Of a stretch of DNA of 64,000 nt, positions 25,564 through 38,035 are shown one piece after another. The first letter of the stretch is position 1. Each line of letters starts with the position of its first letter. The notes below the pieces were generated by a model that did not search any database, was not told the DNA's origin, and worked only from the letters and a program-made list of their open reading frames with translations. Source of the stretch: Macrostomum lignano (taxonomy: Eukaryota). Location: contig NIVC01001077.1 of NCBI GenBank assembly GCA_002269645.1, positions 1-64,000 on the forward strand, given 5' to 3'. Both the position numbers and the translations under genes were made by a program.

Positions 25564-27900
25564 GGGTTTCTAGTTGATTTGTCTGCCACCAATTTGTCTG
25601 CTCAGCAGACAAATTGGTTTGTAACCTTTTGACTACTCATCTGCTGCGGCAACCAATGAAATTAGGCCTGCTCCTACCACTTCTTCATTACATGGCATCC
25701 ACCCCAGCTAAATGCTTTGTGTAAAATTTTAATAATAATAAAGCCATCATTTCAATAAGATGATCTTGGTAGCAAGTTAAATATTCTACAAGTTAAAAGC
25801 ATTCATTTTAATAGTTATAACAAAAGCACATGCATTAGTGTGTGTGCTACTGAAATATGACTGACATGTGCATTGAATGCTAGAAAAAAGTGAGTTATTG
25901 GCAACATGCCTTACAGTGCGATTCTTGTGAGCTATGGCAGCACTGTCTTTGTGGTACCAGTTTGAGCCAAAAGGAATACCATGCTTTGATGGAACATTCC
26001 TTTAATTGGCAATGCTCAAAGTGCACTGGAAAAAATGAGGTAAGAAATTGACAAAATTTACTGCATGGAGTATAAAGGATTCCATTATATTTAATTATAG
26101 TTTACACATGCTATGCTACAGTACATGTAATTCCTGACATTTTCGGCATGCTGCAAAGTTTATTAAGCTTGATGGCAATCTTGTTGCACAAAGCCAAAAC
26201 AAATATTTTTCACACACACAGATGCAGATGCTCAATGGTGCTGGCAAGGTTGGCACAAGCCAATTTTCTGATCTTGCTTCCGTTGATCTACCAGCAATGA
26301 TCGCCGATCCACCAGTAGCTCCCGCCGATCTCCCAGCTTTTGCCTATCCACCAGCAGCTCCTGCCAATCTGCCAGCTTTTGCTGATCCACTAGCAGCTCC
26401 CGCCAATCTGCCAACTTTTGCCGCTCAACCAGCAGCTTTTAATAAGCTGCCAACAACTCCTGCCAATCCGCCAGCAGCTTTCACCAAGCTGCTAGCAGCT
26501 TTCACTAAGCCACCAGCAGCTTTTGCCAACCCACTAGCAGCTTTTACCAACCCACCAGCAGCTTTCACCAAGCTGCCAGCAGCTTTTGCCAACCCATTAG
26601 CAGCTTTCACCAAGCCACCAGCAGCTTTTGCCAACCCACCAGCAGCTTTCACTGAGCCGCCAGCAACTCCTGCCAATCCGCCAGCAGCTTTGGCTGAGCC
26701 ACCAGCAGCTCTTCCTGCTCAAGTAATGCCTTTGCAAATGGAGCCAGAGCAGTTTTAGCTAAAGTGGGGGCATAAGCAAATGTGGTGGCGATTTGCTTGT
26801 ATCTTCTCATGGTTTATATTCTGGGAAAAAATGGAGGTAAAGCTGGGTGTAAGTACTGGAAATGCATCATTCGAAATGGTGCTTTGACTTGTAATGGCTC
26901 CCTTAAAGAGATATTTGATGGCGCTTTTCACATAAGCCAGCGGCACATCTGCGAGTCCAATGTGGCTGATGGCCTCAAAAGAGAAATTCAATGGGAAGTG
27001 AAGCACGAATCAAAGCAATGCCGATTTGAATCAACAGCAGAGATTGTTGAAAGCACCCTAATAGCACAAGCACTGCGGGGTGAGCAGGGCGCTAATCTTC
27101 TAAGAGTGGAGTAGCTGGCAAGAAATGCTAACTAATATCGCACAGGAAGTCAGCCTTCTCATCCACATGATCTTCAATTTGAACTTCAAGAGCTGGCCTT
27201 CCCATCCAACTTTCTTAAAGCAGACATCACTGTGGCCAGAACCCATAAGTGCCATTTGTTGTTTGCCACTGACAAGCAACTGGCAATTCTGACTACTATG
27301 AATCAATGGTTCATGGATGGAACATTTTACATTGTTAAAATCCATTTATGCAACTTTATTCTAGTGAACTACTATTAAATTTGCTTCAAATCTTTTAAAT
27401 ATCTGCTTAGAAGCTAAAATACTAATCCAATCCTGTATATTTTTTGTTCATGGCATGGTCTTATTCATCAAGATGGAAAGGAAAAGCAGGTACCTCTATG
27501 CTTCCTCCTTATGTCTGGAAAATCAAAGCACAACTATGTTCACATACTTGAGTGGCTGATTGAACTGACAGGAGCTCGACCCATGGCAGCTGTGCTCCAC
27601 TTTGAAGCAGCTATATGGGAGGCTTTGCATCAAACCTGCCCTGACGCTCAGCTGCAGGGATGCTCATTTCACTTCGCACAGAGCATTTTTCAAAAAATCC
27701 AAGACCTTGGCCTTTCCGCGACCTATACAACCAATAAGGAGACAACTTTTTTGCAAGAAGCTGATGGCTCTTATCTACCTGCCAGTGCCGCATATCTATA
27801 CTGCATTTGGAACTCTGGTGGATTCAGCAAACTCCAAGGCATTAGTGCGGCTGTGTAAAATAGGCCCTAAATGCAAATATAACATTAAAAATGTAACTTA
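25564..27900 (+). mobile_element. Defective Mutator-like (MULE, FLYWCH-type) DNA transposon, 3'-truncated
   Basis: Structured left end with repeated ATTTGTCTGC and a perfect 15-bp hairpin (25588-25618), followed by a spliced transposase relic. No matching right end was found. Confidence 0.8.
25857..27858 (+). pseudogene. PHD finger + Pro/Ala repeats + FLYWCH + MULE transposase pseudogene
   Basis: Exon 25857-26039 encodes a PHD finger (MCIEC*KKV...ALQCDSCELWQHCLC...WQCSKC). Exon from 26222 encodes 7-aa PAAF repeats, YWKC...C...HIC, and HLLFATDKQL..WFMDGTF. Then QVPLCFLLMSGK and HFEAAIW...GCSFHFAQSIFQKIQDLGL. In-frame stops, frameshifts, and catalytic DFE changed to HFE. Confidence 0.88.
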
Positions 27901-28016
27901 AAATATATATCTTATATTGCAGCAAAAAACAAGACAATTGACAACCCAAAGTTTTATTAGGCCCTAAAAATTAAAATCATCAGCTTTGCAAATTAGTTTC
28001 TCAAATGTACACTCAC

Positions 28017-28749
28017 AACTTTGCCACGTTTAAGCTTTTGTTTCGCTTAAATCTAAAATTATCTAATACAACTCTCCAAACCAAAGGCAAAGTGCAACTG
28101 ATATGACAACATGCGAGAACGAGAATAGGTGCGTTTCGATTTCTATTTCTATTCTATTTCTATTTTCAGGAAGGTATTATAGACAAATTTAGGCATAAAG
28201 GAATCAACGCAGGCCTATTTTTAAAGAAAAAAATCATTTTGATTACAACATTAACGATAGGGCTAATAATCGTTTTTTATGAATACAACTGCGCTGTTTT
28301 GTTTTTGTGCACAATATTATATACTTTTTTGGCACTAAATTAAGGATGTTCTCAGAGCGATCGGCCAGGAACATCAACTGCATGTAGGCCTAGGCGCACA
28401 GCTGTTCACGAATTTCTAAAAGTCAAAAGTAGAAATTGTCAATTTAGTTTGATAATATAAATAATTCCTATTTCATATTGATTATTCTGTTATACACGCA
28501 AGGAAAATACTGAAGTCTTTACTTGTGCTTGTGAAAACTCATAGGCCCTACACTAGTACTGTAGTAGTAGGCCAACAGTGTCAGTAGTACCTAGACACCC
28601 AGACTAAGCCTAAAAACTAAGTTGCAAGACATGAGATATTCGTCAATTGTTATCTAGCTTTGTTCTTTCGTTTCAAAAACAGTATTTTATTAAAATTTTG
28701 AGTTCTGGCTAGGCCTATTACTGATTTTTAAGACTTCTACCATTAGAAA
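28017..28749. promoter_or_regulatory. Putative bidirectional promoter/5'UTR region shared by HCCS and FAF1
   Basis: CpG-retaining AT-rich island between divergent genes. Minus-strand GTGAGT donor at 28016 could join the acceptor ccttatcttcaacAG at 22904. A possible 41-nt plus-strand 5'UTR intron lies at 28129-28169. Confidence 0.4.
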
Positions 28750-31700
28750 ATGTCAGATTGTGATCGAAATGAGATTCTTGCAAATTTTCAGGTAAGATTT
28801 TTTTAATGTTATAGTTTTGTAGTAATACATAATAGATTTTTTTTCAATATTTAGTTTAAAAGAACCCTAAAATACTTATTTCAAATAAAGGAGTATATTG
28901 TATAATATAAAAAGAAGTTATATTAGTTAGGTCTAAGTTAAGATCCATAGGCCTAGTCCAAATCATGCTGGGTGCACACTGAACAAAAATTTAAGAAAGA
29001 CAAATGCACACTAAAAAAATTATTTGAGTGCATGGGGCCTACTCACACTTAAATCTAGGCCAATGGCAATATAACTAAATGACCTTTTCTGTATTGTTAC
29101 AATAAATGACCTTTTGCATATTTTAAAAGATCATTTGGCTAATAATTAATCTCATTATTTACTATAGTTTAGAAGGCATCTATATGCCAAAAAATCAGGC
29201 ATGCAAAAAATGTTAGTATATAGTTTGGTATGCATTGTGTACCTTTTATTTTTTATGAAATTCAACTCAATACTTTTATACAACTCAAAGCAATCTAAAC
29301 ATTAAAAGTATGAACAAACAACTGATATGTATAAAGAGCATAGCCATATTATTATAGCAATATTGAGCAATTAAGGCAATAAAAAAGTTGATTGGCTAAT
29401 TATGATCAGCAGAGATTTGATGTTGTTAAACAGGGTGGGAAGCCAAAGGCTACCCATGGATCAGCCCTGGGAGGGGCTCTGCCACTGAGAGGCACTACCA
29501 GGGGCATAAAGCCCAAGATACCCACCTGATTGGACCTTGAGGTCTAGGCCAAAGGGAATTTTAGGGCTACTAACCCAAGCCTATAGTAGGCCTACAAGAC
29601 ACCGCCAACCCATAATTAGTGGAATCAGGGATAGTGTTAGGACCAAGTCCACCCAGGCCACCACCTTGCAAACAAACCCTAGGAGTGTACAAAAAACAGA
29701 ATTGGAATTGAAAATTTTTGATATATTATTGAAAACTGTCCAAGAGTAAGGAAACCCAAAAGTTGGAGCAAGTCTAAAAGGCTTGTATCCAAGGGCAAGT
29801 CTCTTATCAGGCAGGATATAATGACTACCTATAGGGCTGCAAGCCATAAGGGTATCACCTAACCAGCTCTATATTGGAAGCCAGGCCAAGGGGGTGGAGA
29901 GGGGCATAAGGGGCAAGAAAAAACTGGACTCAGCCAGTTTTCTCCGATTCGGGACAAATATACAGCCCAGGACTCCAATCCACTGTCAGTGATAAGAGCC
30001 TAGACACAATCATGCTTGGGTGCAACCTTGGGATTCACTTTGCCATTTCTATTGACAACACACACATGTAAGTTGCTATTGGACAGAATAGTAGTCACAT
30101 GATTGCTCTCAGCCAATAGCAACTTACATGTATGTGTTGCCAATAGAAACGACCAAGTGAATCCCAAGGTTGCGCATATATGGACACAATAAGCAGGGAA
30201 ACAACCAGAAGATAGTGATGGATCAAAATTCAATTTCGATTTCGATATTCCAAAATTCGAAACTAATTTTGCATTGAAATAATTTCGATTTCGAATTTCG
30301 ATACCATTCATCGAAAATGATTTCAAAATTTTGGTTATATTTTAACAATTTAGACATTGATGATCATGCTACACGAGTAAGAAAATCTATAGGAAGTGAA
30401 AGGAAGTGCAGTTCAAAGACTCAGTGGGGAGGCAAGAATCGCCTTTTCTACAAGAAAAGATTGTGTGGGACACACACTGTTCCAGGCCTTGTGCTGCACC
30501 CACCTCAACCTCTACAAGCCCACTGGCTGAACTCATTGGCGTGAATTTTAATTGGCTAAAGACTTAAAGCCTTAATGAAATGGATATAGGCTACTCGTAT
30601 CTAGATCTTCAGCTTAAACAGCAGTGAAGTACCTGGTATAATACAACTTCTACTGTATTTCTATGTACGAGTGTATAATACATAATACACCAGCATTTTC
30701 TATTTCGTATTTTTAAAGTAAGTTAAATCTAAAGTATTCTGGTTTAAACATATCAAAGATACTTTTTATAAAACATGTAAGCTCATACATGCAGAGGCAA
30801 GGTGTTAACCTTTTTTGCATGATTAGTGAAAAAGTAAAAATTCATTAAGCTCAAAAAATTTCGATTTCGATTTCAATTTCGATTCTAAGAAACCGAAAAT
30901 TTCGATTTCGATTTCGATTTGAAAAATAATTTCAATCCATCACTACCAGAGGAGCCAGCAGATAGACCAAGGATAGAGCAAGATAGACCGGGCAAGGAGG
31001 GCAGAGCTCAAAACTCCAAAGATTAGAAGGCATTCTAATGGCCAAGATAAAACTGATAAAAACAATAGGAGGACTACCCGGGGCTCAGCCATACACTTTT
31101 GTGAATGGTCATCTTTCCTGCAGGGCGGGTGTGAGTGGGGGGCTCAAGTCCCATTCTAGCCACACTGCAGTCCAGATCTCCAACTCACTCCAGGTATACC
31201 CCCCCCCCCTAACCCAAAGCCAAGGGCCAGTTTAATTGGATAGAAATAAATAGGGTTATTTTTAGAATGGGCATAGCCCCTCTGGGGTGGACCCTTGGTG
31301 ATTGGCCTAGCACTCAACTCCAACATAGTGGCGTCGACCATGTTCTCCATGTTTTTTAAGTTTTGAGAGAGAACACCAACTATGGACTACACTGCTCTGC
31401 CAAAATTTCTGTCCCTAACCTGCCTTTTGATCTTTAGACAAATTTACTATATAGAATAATTAATTACTCATAAAAAATTCTTTTTTTGCCTCACACAAAT
31501 ATTTATTATTGTCAGCCTCAGTTTTTTGTTCGTTCTATTAAAATAAACCTGAAGATGCACCACAGAGTGCGAAATGTGTCGACTCACAAATGTTGATAGT
31601 TGGTTTTCTATTTTTAGCCATAATATCAAGTAATGATTTGTTTATAATGTTTTAGGCTGCCACTGGACTTGACGACATAGGCATCGCTATAGCCATACTA

Positions 31701-34700
31701 GAACAAGAGTCATGGGATTTGCAGGTAATGGCTATTTTTTTTCTTGATTCAATCAATTAACTGTGCGCATGCTACTGTTAGTAGATGAATCAAAGTTTAG
31801 TAATAACAATCTATGCAATCAAACCACTTTTAGCGAGCACTGCAGTCTTACTTAGACACCGGGTCTCACGGCGGCGGCAGTGGCATCAATCCGGTTGAAT
31901 CGCCCAACTTGCCAATATGCGAGCCCACCGTGCCAATGATGGACCAGGATGATATTGCACTCAATGCGGAGGAGGCTTTCAGGCGTGGCCCGTTCGGCCC
32001 GAGTCTGGCCTCGCTTGGCCGCGTTGGGCCGCCATCATCGTCCAGCTCTCGCGGCGGCAGTGGAGCGGGCGGAGGGCGACCACAGCGGCCGAGGCCTGGC
32101 GGCAACGGGGCGTCGACAGCGGCGACGGGCAGCCGCAGCGGTTCAGAGCTGCGCAGCCGAAGCGGCGCCTCCGCTGCCGCCGCTGCCTCATCGTCGTCGA
32201 ATTCCACAGGCGGCGCTAGCCGAGAAACCCGCAGCTCCAAACAGCGCCTGCTGCTATTTAAAGTACAATTAGATGACGATCTATTGCACACGGTAGAGCG
32301 CGGCCTAACAGAATTAAATGTTATCTCTAAAGAGTCGGACACGGTGCTAGAAATTAAGCGCCAGCTGCATCAGATGATGCAGCAGCCAATTGATATTGAT
32401 GATATGCGCCTGCGCGGCTTTCCCAGTTCAGTTAGCGATAGCACTGTACTGGCCTCGCTCCGACTGCCGAAGGAGACGAAGCTATCTCTAGCCAGCGCTG
32501 ATCCCCTAGTTGGAGAACGGTCTAACGTTACTAGGGGGCGGCATCAGCCGGCCGAGTATCACCTGACTGTGCGCAACGCCGATCGGACTAATTGCTCACA
32601 GGTGTTTCATTATAGAGCTGACGATTGCGTTGGCCGCTTGCGCACGGATGTGTACAGTCTATGGGGCATCCCCAGCGCTACTCAGCAATGGTCAGGCTGG
32701 GATTTGAATTGGTCCAGCACGTTCGGTCTGAGTAACCTGCCGTCGCATCAGGATCTGGTTGTCAGAAGGAATCCGACGTCTGCCGCCGCCGCCGCCGCAT
32801 CGGCAACAACTCCAGCTCCCGACGATTACGCTGATTACGATTTTGACTACGACGATGAGCACGACATCCAGATGATTGAGGACGACGAAGAAGAGATGAT
32901 TGACGCCACTACTGGCCGGCGGAGACCCGTGCCGCCTCGGTCGGTGCCGCTCATACCGCCTGGCTGTCGCAGCGACTCTCAGGGTGTCAGGCAGTTTGTG
33001 GAAAACTTCGCGGCAAGGTTTGTAGCTGGGTGACGGCACGAGAGGGTTGGACTAAGGCTTAAGGTTTTCAATCACCTTCTGAAGGTACTAAGGTTGCAAT
33101 CCAGCCTGAAATTATCTAAGAAGGTTGCAATTTACATTGAAGAGATTTGAGGTTGCAATCCACCCTGAAGAGATCTAAGAAGGTTGCAATTCACTCTAAA
33201 AAGATTTGAGAATTGTCATTCACCCTGAAGGGATCTAAGAAGGTTGCAATCCACCCTGAAGGGATCTAAGAAAGTTGCAATCTACCCTGAAGGGATCTAT
33301 GAAGGAATCTAGGAAGGTGTGCAATCCATCTTGAAGGATCTAAGAAGGTTGCAGTCCATTTTAAGTGTCTAAGAAGGTTGCAGTCCATCTTGAAGGGATC
33401 TAAGAAGGTTTGCAATCCATCTTGAAGGGATCTAAGAAGGTTGCAATCCATCTTGAAGGGATCTAAGAAGGTTGCAATCCATCTTGAAGGGATCTAAGAA
33501 GGTTGCAATCCATCTTGAAGGGATCTAAGAAGGTTTGCAATCCATCTTGAAGGGATCTAACAAGGTTTGCAATCCATCTTGAAGGGATCTAAGATGTAGA
33601 AATCAGGTAAAGTGGCTCGCTTGGCAAGTAAAATAAATAGAAAGCCGAAAATCAACATGTGGTTTTTTCGACGCGTTTCGCACACCAAGGTGCATCGTCA
33701 GATTGCAGTCCATTAGGTTGCAGTCTAAGAAGGATCTAAGAAGTTTGCAGTCCATTTTAAGTGTCTAAGAAGGTTGCAGTCCATCATGAAGGGATCTAAG
33801 AAGGTTTGCAATCCATCTTGAAGGGATCTAACAAGGTTTGCAATCCATCTCTAAGAATGTTTGCAATCCATCTTGAAGGGATCTAACAAGGTTTGCAATC
33901 CATCTCTAAGAAGGTGTGCAATTCATCTTGAAGGGATTGCAGTTCATTTTGAAGTGTCTAAGAAGGTTGCAGTCCATCTTGAAGGGATCTAAGGTGTGCA
34001 ATCCATCTTGTAGGGGTCTAAGGTGTGCAATCCATCTTGAAGTGATCTAAGAGGGTTGCAGTCCGCAAGTGCGACCGGCTCATATCGTCCCCTAAAGAAT
34101 GAATCGAAAAGATTCGCATCGCTCGCTAATTCGCAGATACGGCTCCACCTGCCCGCTATTCAACAACGCCAGTTTAGCTTCGGCAATTGACGAAGCGGAC
34201 GGCCAATCAACGGCCGACAAGAGACCGTTAGCAATCTATCTGCATCACGATAGATCAATAGCCGCTCAAATATTCTGCTCTAACGTATTAACTAATGCAG
34301 CCGTTATCGAATTTCTCAACGCTAATTTTGTATTGTGGCCGTGGGATCTGACCCAGCCGGACAATGCCGCCACATTGGTGACGCTGGCGGCCAGGCAGCT
34401 GGGTCTTGACGCTGCCGATCGGATTCGTCAACTTGCGCCGGATGACCTGCCCGCTCTGCTAGTTGTTGCCCATCGGCCACGAGCTGCTCACGAAATTATT
34501 GGCGACGTTCAAGGCGTCAGCGATCCGTCGGCAGCTTTGGACATGCTGGTGAAAGCTCTGGACGAGTTCAGGGCCTGGCGAGAGGCGGAATTGGCCGAGG
34601 AGAATGCCAGGGAGATGAGAACTATGGAGCGGCTGGAGATGCAGACCGCATATGAGGAGAGTCTGCGGTTGGATAGGCAGAAAGAGGAGGTGAGTGACGG

Positions 34701-36970
34701 GTGGTTTTTTGGGAGATTTGCATTTTGTGAGTCTGCGTGGGATTTTGGAATTGAAAGTAGTTATGAAATCCTATAGGTGGAAACTGAAGATTTGAGATAC
34801 AATTGGGAAGATTCGGAATCTAATTGGGGAGATTTAGGAATCTGATAGGGAGATTTAGGAATCTGATTGGGGAGTTTTAGGAATCTGATTGGGGAGATTT
34901 AGGAATCTGATTGGGGAGTTTTAGGAATCTGATTGGGGAGATTTAGGAATCTGGTGGGGAGATTTAGGAATCTGATTGGGGAGTTTTAGGAATCTGATTG
35001 GGGAGATTTAGGAATCTGGTGGGGAGATTTAGGAATCTGATTGGGAGATTTAGGAATCTGATTGGGAGATTTAGGAATCTGATTGGGAGATTTAGGAATC
35101 TGATTGGGGAGATTTAGGAATCTGATTGGGGAGTTTTAGGAATCTGGTGGGGAGATTTAGGAATCTGATTGGGGAGTTTTAGGAATCTGATTGGGGAGAT
35201 TTAGGAATCTGGTGGGGAGATTTAGGAATCTGATTGGGAGATTTAGGAATCTGATTGGGAGATTTAGGAATCTGATTGGGAGATTTAGTAATCTGATTGG
35301 GGAGATTTAGGAATCTGATTGGGGAGTTTTAGGAATCTGATTGGGGAGATTTAGGAATCTGATTGGGGAGTTTTAGGAATCTGATTGGGGAGATTTAGGA
35401 ATCTAATTGGGAGATTTAGGAATCTGATTGGGGAGATTTAGGAATCTGATTGGAGAGATTAAGGAATCTGATTGGGGAGTTTTAGAAATCTAATTAGTGA
35501 GATTTAGGAATCTAATTGAGGAGATTTGGGAATCTAATTGGGAAGATTTAGGAATCTAATTGGGGAGATTCAGGAATCTAATTGGGGAGATTTAGGAATC
35601 TAATTAGTGAGATTTAAAAATCTAATTGAGGAGATTTGGGAATCTAATTGGGAAGATTTAGGAATCTAATTGGGGAGATTCAGGAATCTAATTGGGGAGA
35701 TTTAGGAATCTAATTAGTGAGATTTAAAAATCTAATTGAGGAGATTTGGGAATCTAATTGGGAAGATTTAGGAATCTAATTGGGGAGATTTAGGAATCTG
35801 ATTGGGGAGATTTAGGAATCTGATTGGGGAGATTTAGGAATCTGATTGGGAGATTTAGGAATCTGATTGGGAGATTTAGGAATCTGATTGGGGAGATTTA
35901 GGAATCTGATTGGGGAGTTTTAGGAATCTGATTGGGGAGATTTAGGAATCTAATTGGGAGATTTAGGAATCTGATTGGGGAGATTTAGGAATCTGATTGG
36001 AGAGATTAAGGAATCTGATTGGGGAGTTTTAGAAATCTAATTAGTGAGATTTAGGAATCTAATTGAGGAGATTTGGGAATCTAATTGGGAAGATTTAGGA
36101 ATCTAATTGGGGAGATTTAGGAATCTGATTGGGGAGATTCAGGAATCTAATTGGGGAGATTCAGGAATCTAATTGGGGAGATTTAGGAATCTAATTGGGG
36201 AGATTCAGGAATCTAATTGGGGAGATTTAGGAATCTAATTGGGGAGATTCAGGAATCTAATTGAGGAGATTTGGGAATCTAATTGGGAAGATTTAGGAAT
36301 CTAATTGGGGAGATTTAGGAATCTAATTGGGGAGATTTAGGAATCTGATTGGGGAGATTTAGGAATCTGATTGGGGAGATTTAGGAATCTGATTGGGAGA
36401 TTTAGGAATCTGGTGGGGAGATTTAGGAATCTGATTGGGGAGATTTAGGAATCTGATTGGGGAGTTTTAGAAATTTAATTTAGATGCGGAGTCTAATAGG
36501 AAAGATTCCGAATCTAATGGGGAAGATTCCGAATCTAATGGGGAAGATTCCGAATCTAATGGGGAAGATTCCGAAATCAGATAAGATCAGATTTCGCTAT
36601 CCCTAACAATCCCCTTTTCTCTCAGCAACGCGCCGAGAAGCAGCGCCTCGAGCGTGAACAGCAAGAACGCGCCGAGGCTGAGCAGCGCCAAGCGCTGGCG
36701 CAGCTGCCCGAGGAGCCGCAGGCGGGCCAACCGGCCGCCACAATCCGCCTTCGACTGCCGGGCGGCTCGGAGACTCGACAGCGGCGATTTAATCCACAGG
36801 ACCGACTACGGCATCTGGCCGCCTATTGCGCCAGCCTGGGCTACGCGGAGTCCAACTACAACTTGGTGACCGCTTTTCCACGGCGAACACTGAGCCAGCT
36901 GGATATGGACACCACGTTTGAGGCTGCCGGCCTCGTGCCGCAGGAGACCGTGCTGCTGGAGGAGAAGTAA
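28750..36970 (+). CDS. FAF1: FAS-associated factor 1 (UBA-UBL-UBL-UAS-UBX p97 cofactor). Exons 28750-28791, 31656-31724, 31834-33017, 34137-34689, 36626-36970; 730 aa.
   Basis: MSDCDRNEILANFQ|AATGLDDIGIAIAILEQESWDL (UBA), two ubiquitin-like segments, FAAR|YGSTCPLF...LAIYLHHD...FLNANFVLWPWD (UAS), coiled coil, UBX with TAFPRR and PQETVLLEEK*. The summed exon length of 2193 nt is an intact frame. Confidence 0.95.
30213..30945. mobile_element. hAT-type MITE (733 bp) in FAF1 intron 1
   Basis: TIR TAGTGATGGAT...ATCCATCACTA, 8-bp TSD CCAGAAGA/CCAGAGGA (7/8 match), subterminal (ATTTCG)n arrays at both ends. Confidence 0.85.
33060..34062. repeat. 31-bp minisatellite (AAGGTTGCAATCCATCTTGAAGGGATCTAAG), FAF1 intron 3, interrupted at about 33596-33701
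   Basis: Direct inspection. Confidence 0.93.
33670..33701 (-). ncRNA. Minimal hammerhead-ribozyme core, Penelope-like pLTR fragment (about 33596-33701); stem I apparently broken
   Basis: Minus strand reads CTGACGA-T-GCAC-cttggt-GTGC-GAAA-CGC-GTC: conserved CUGANGA and GAAA boxes, 4-bp stem II, palindromic ACGCGT stem III, GUC cleavage triplet. Confidence 0.65.
34800..36575. repeat. 22-bp minisatellite (GATTTAGGAATCTGATTGGGGA), FAF1 intron 4
   Basis: Direct inspection. Confidence 0.96.
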
Positions 36971-36998
36971 TGTTAAAAAATGTTTATTTCTAAGAAAC

Positions 36999-37004
36999 AA
37001 TAAA
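36999..37004 (+). terminator. Candidate poly(A) signal of FAF1
   Basis: AATAAA about 30 nt after the stop; a second one at 37069-37074. Confidence 0.5.
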
Positions 37005-37120
37005 ACCCTGTCCAAAAAGTTCTCTATGGATGTAAATGTGTGGGGAAAGTTAAAATGTGAAATTTCGAAATAAAAAAAAGATGTGAAAACCTGCGTGTCT
37101 CAAATCCCCAATTCCTAGAT

Positions 37121-38035
37121 TTGGATCCCGATATCACAGATTCAGGGTCTCACGAACTCCGATTCAAGATCCCGAGAGGTCCCAGATTCAGGATCTCACG
37201 AACTCAGATTCAGGATCTCACGAACTCAGATTCAGGATCCCGAGAGGTCCCAGATTCAGGATCTCACGGATTCAGATTCAGGATCTCACGAACTCAGATT
37301 CAGGATCCCGAGAGGTCCCAGATTCAGGATCTCACGAACTCAGATTCAGGATCTCACGAACTCAGATTCAGGATCCCGAGAGGTCCCAGATTCAGGATCT
37401 CACGGATTCAGATTCAGGATCTCACGGATTCAGATTCAGGATCCCGAGAGGTCCCATATTCAGGATCCCGAGAGGTCCCAGATTCAGGATCCCGAGAGGT
37501 CCCAGATTCAGGATCCCGAGAGGTCCCATATTCAGGATCCTGAGTGGTCCCAGATTCAGGATCCCGCGGCCCCAGATTCGGGATCTCACAAATTCAGATT
37601 CAGGATCCCGTGGCCCCAGATTCAGGATCTCACAAATTCAGATTCAGGATCCCGTGGCCACAGATTCAGGATCTCACGAATTCAGATTCCGGATCCCGCG
37701 GCCCCAGATTCAGGATCTCACGAACTCAGATTTCGGATCCCGCGGCCCCAGATTCAGGATCCCCGAGAGGTCCCAGATTCAGGATCCCGAGAGGTCCCAT
37801 ATTCAGGATCCTGAGTGGTCCCAGATTCAGGATCCCGCGGCCCCAGATTCGGGATCTCACAAATTCAGATTCAGGATCCCGTGGCCCCAGATTCAGGATC
37901 CCGTGGCCACAGATTCAGGATCTCACGAATTCAGATTCCGGATCCCGCGGCCCCAGATTCAGGATCTCACGATTTCAGATTCAGGATCCCGCGGCCCCAG
38001 ATTCAGGATCTCACAAACTCAGATTCAGGATACTG
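37121..38035. repeat. Composite minisatellite built from CAGATTCAGGATC modules (about 20-26 bp)
   Basis: Direct inspection. Confidence 0.92.
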
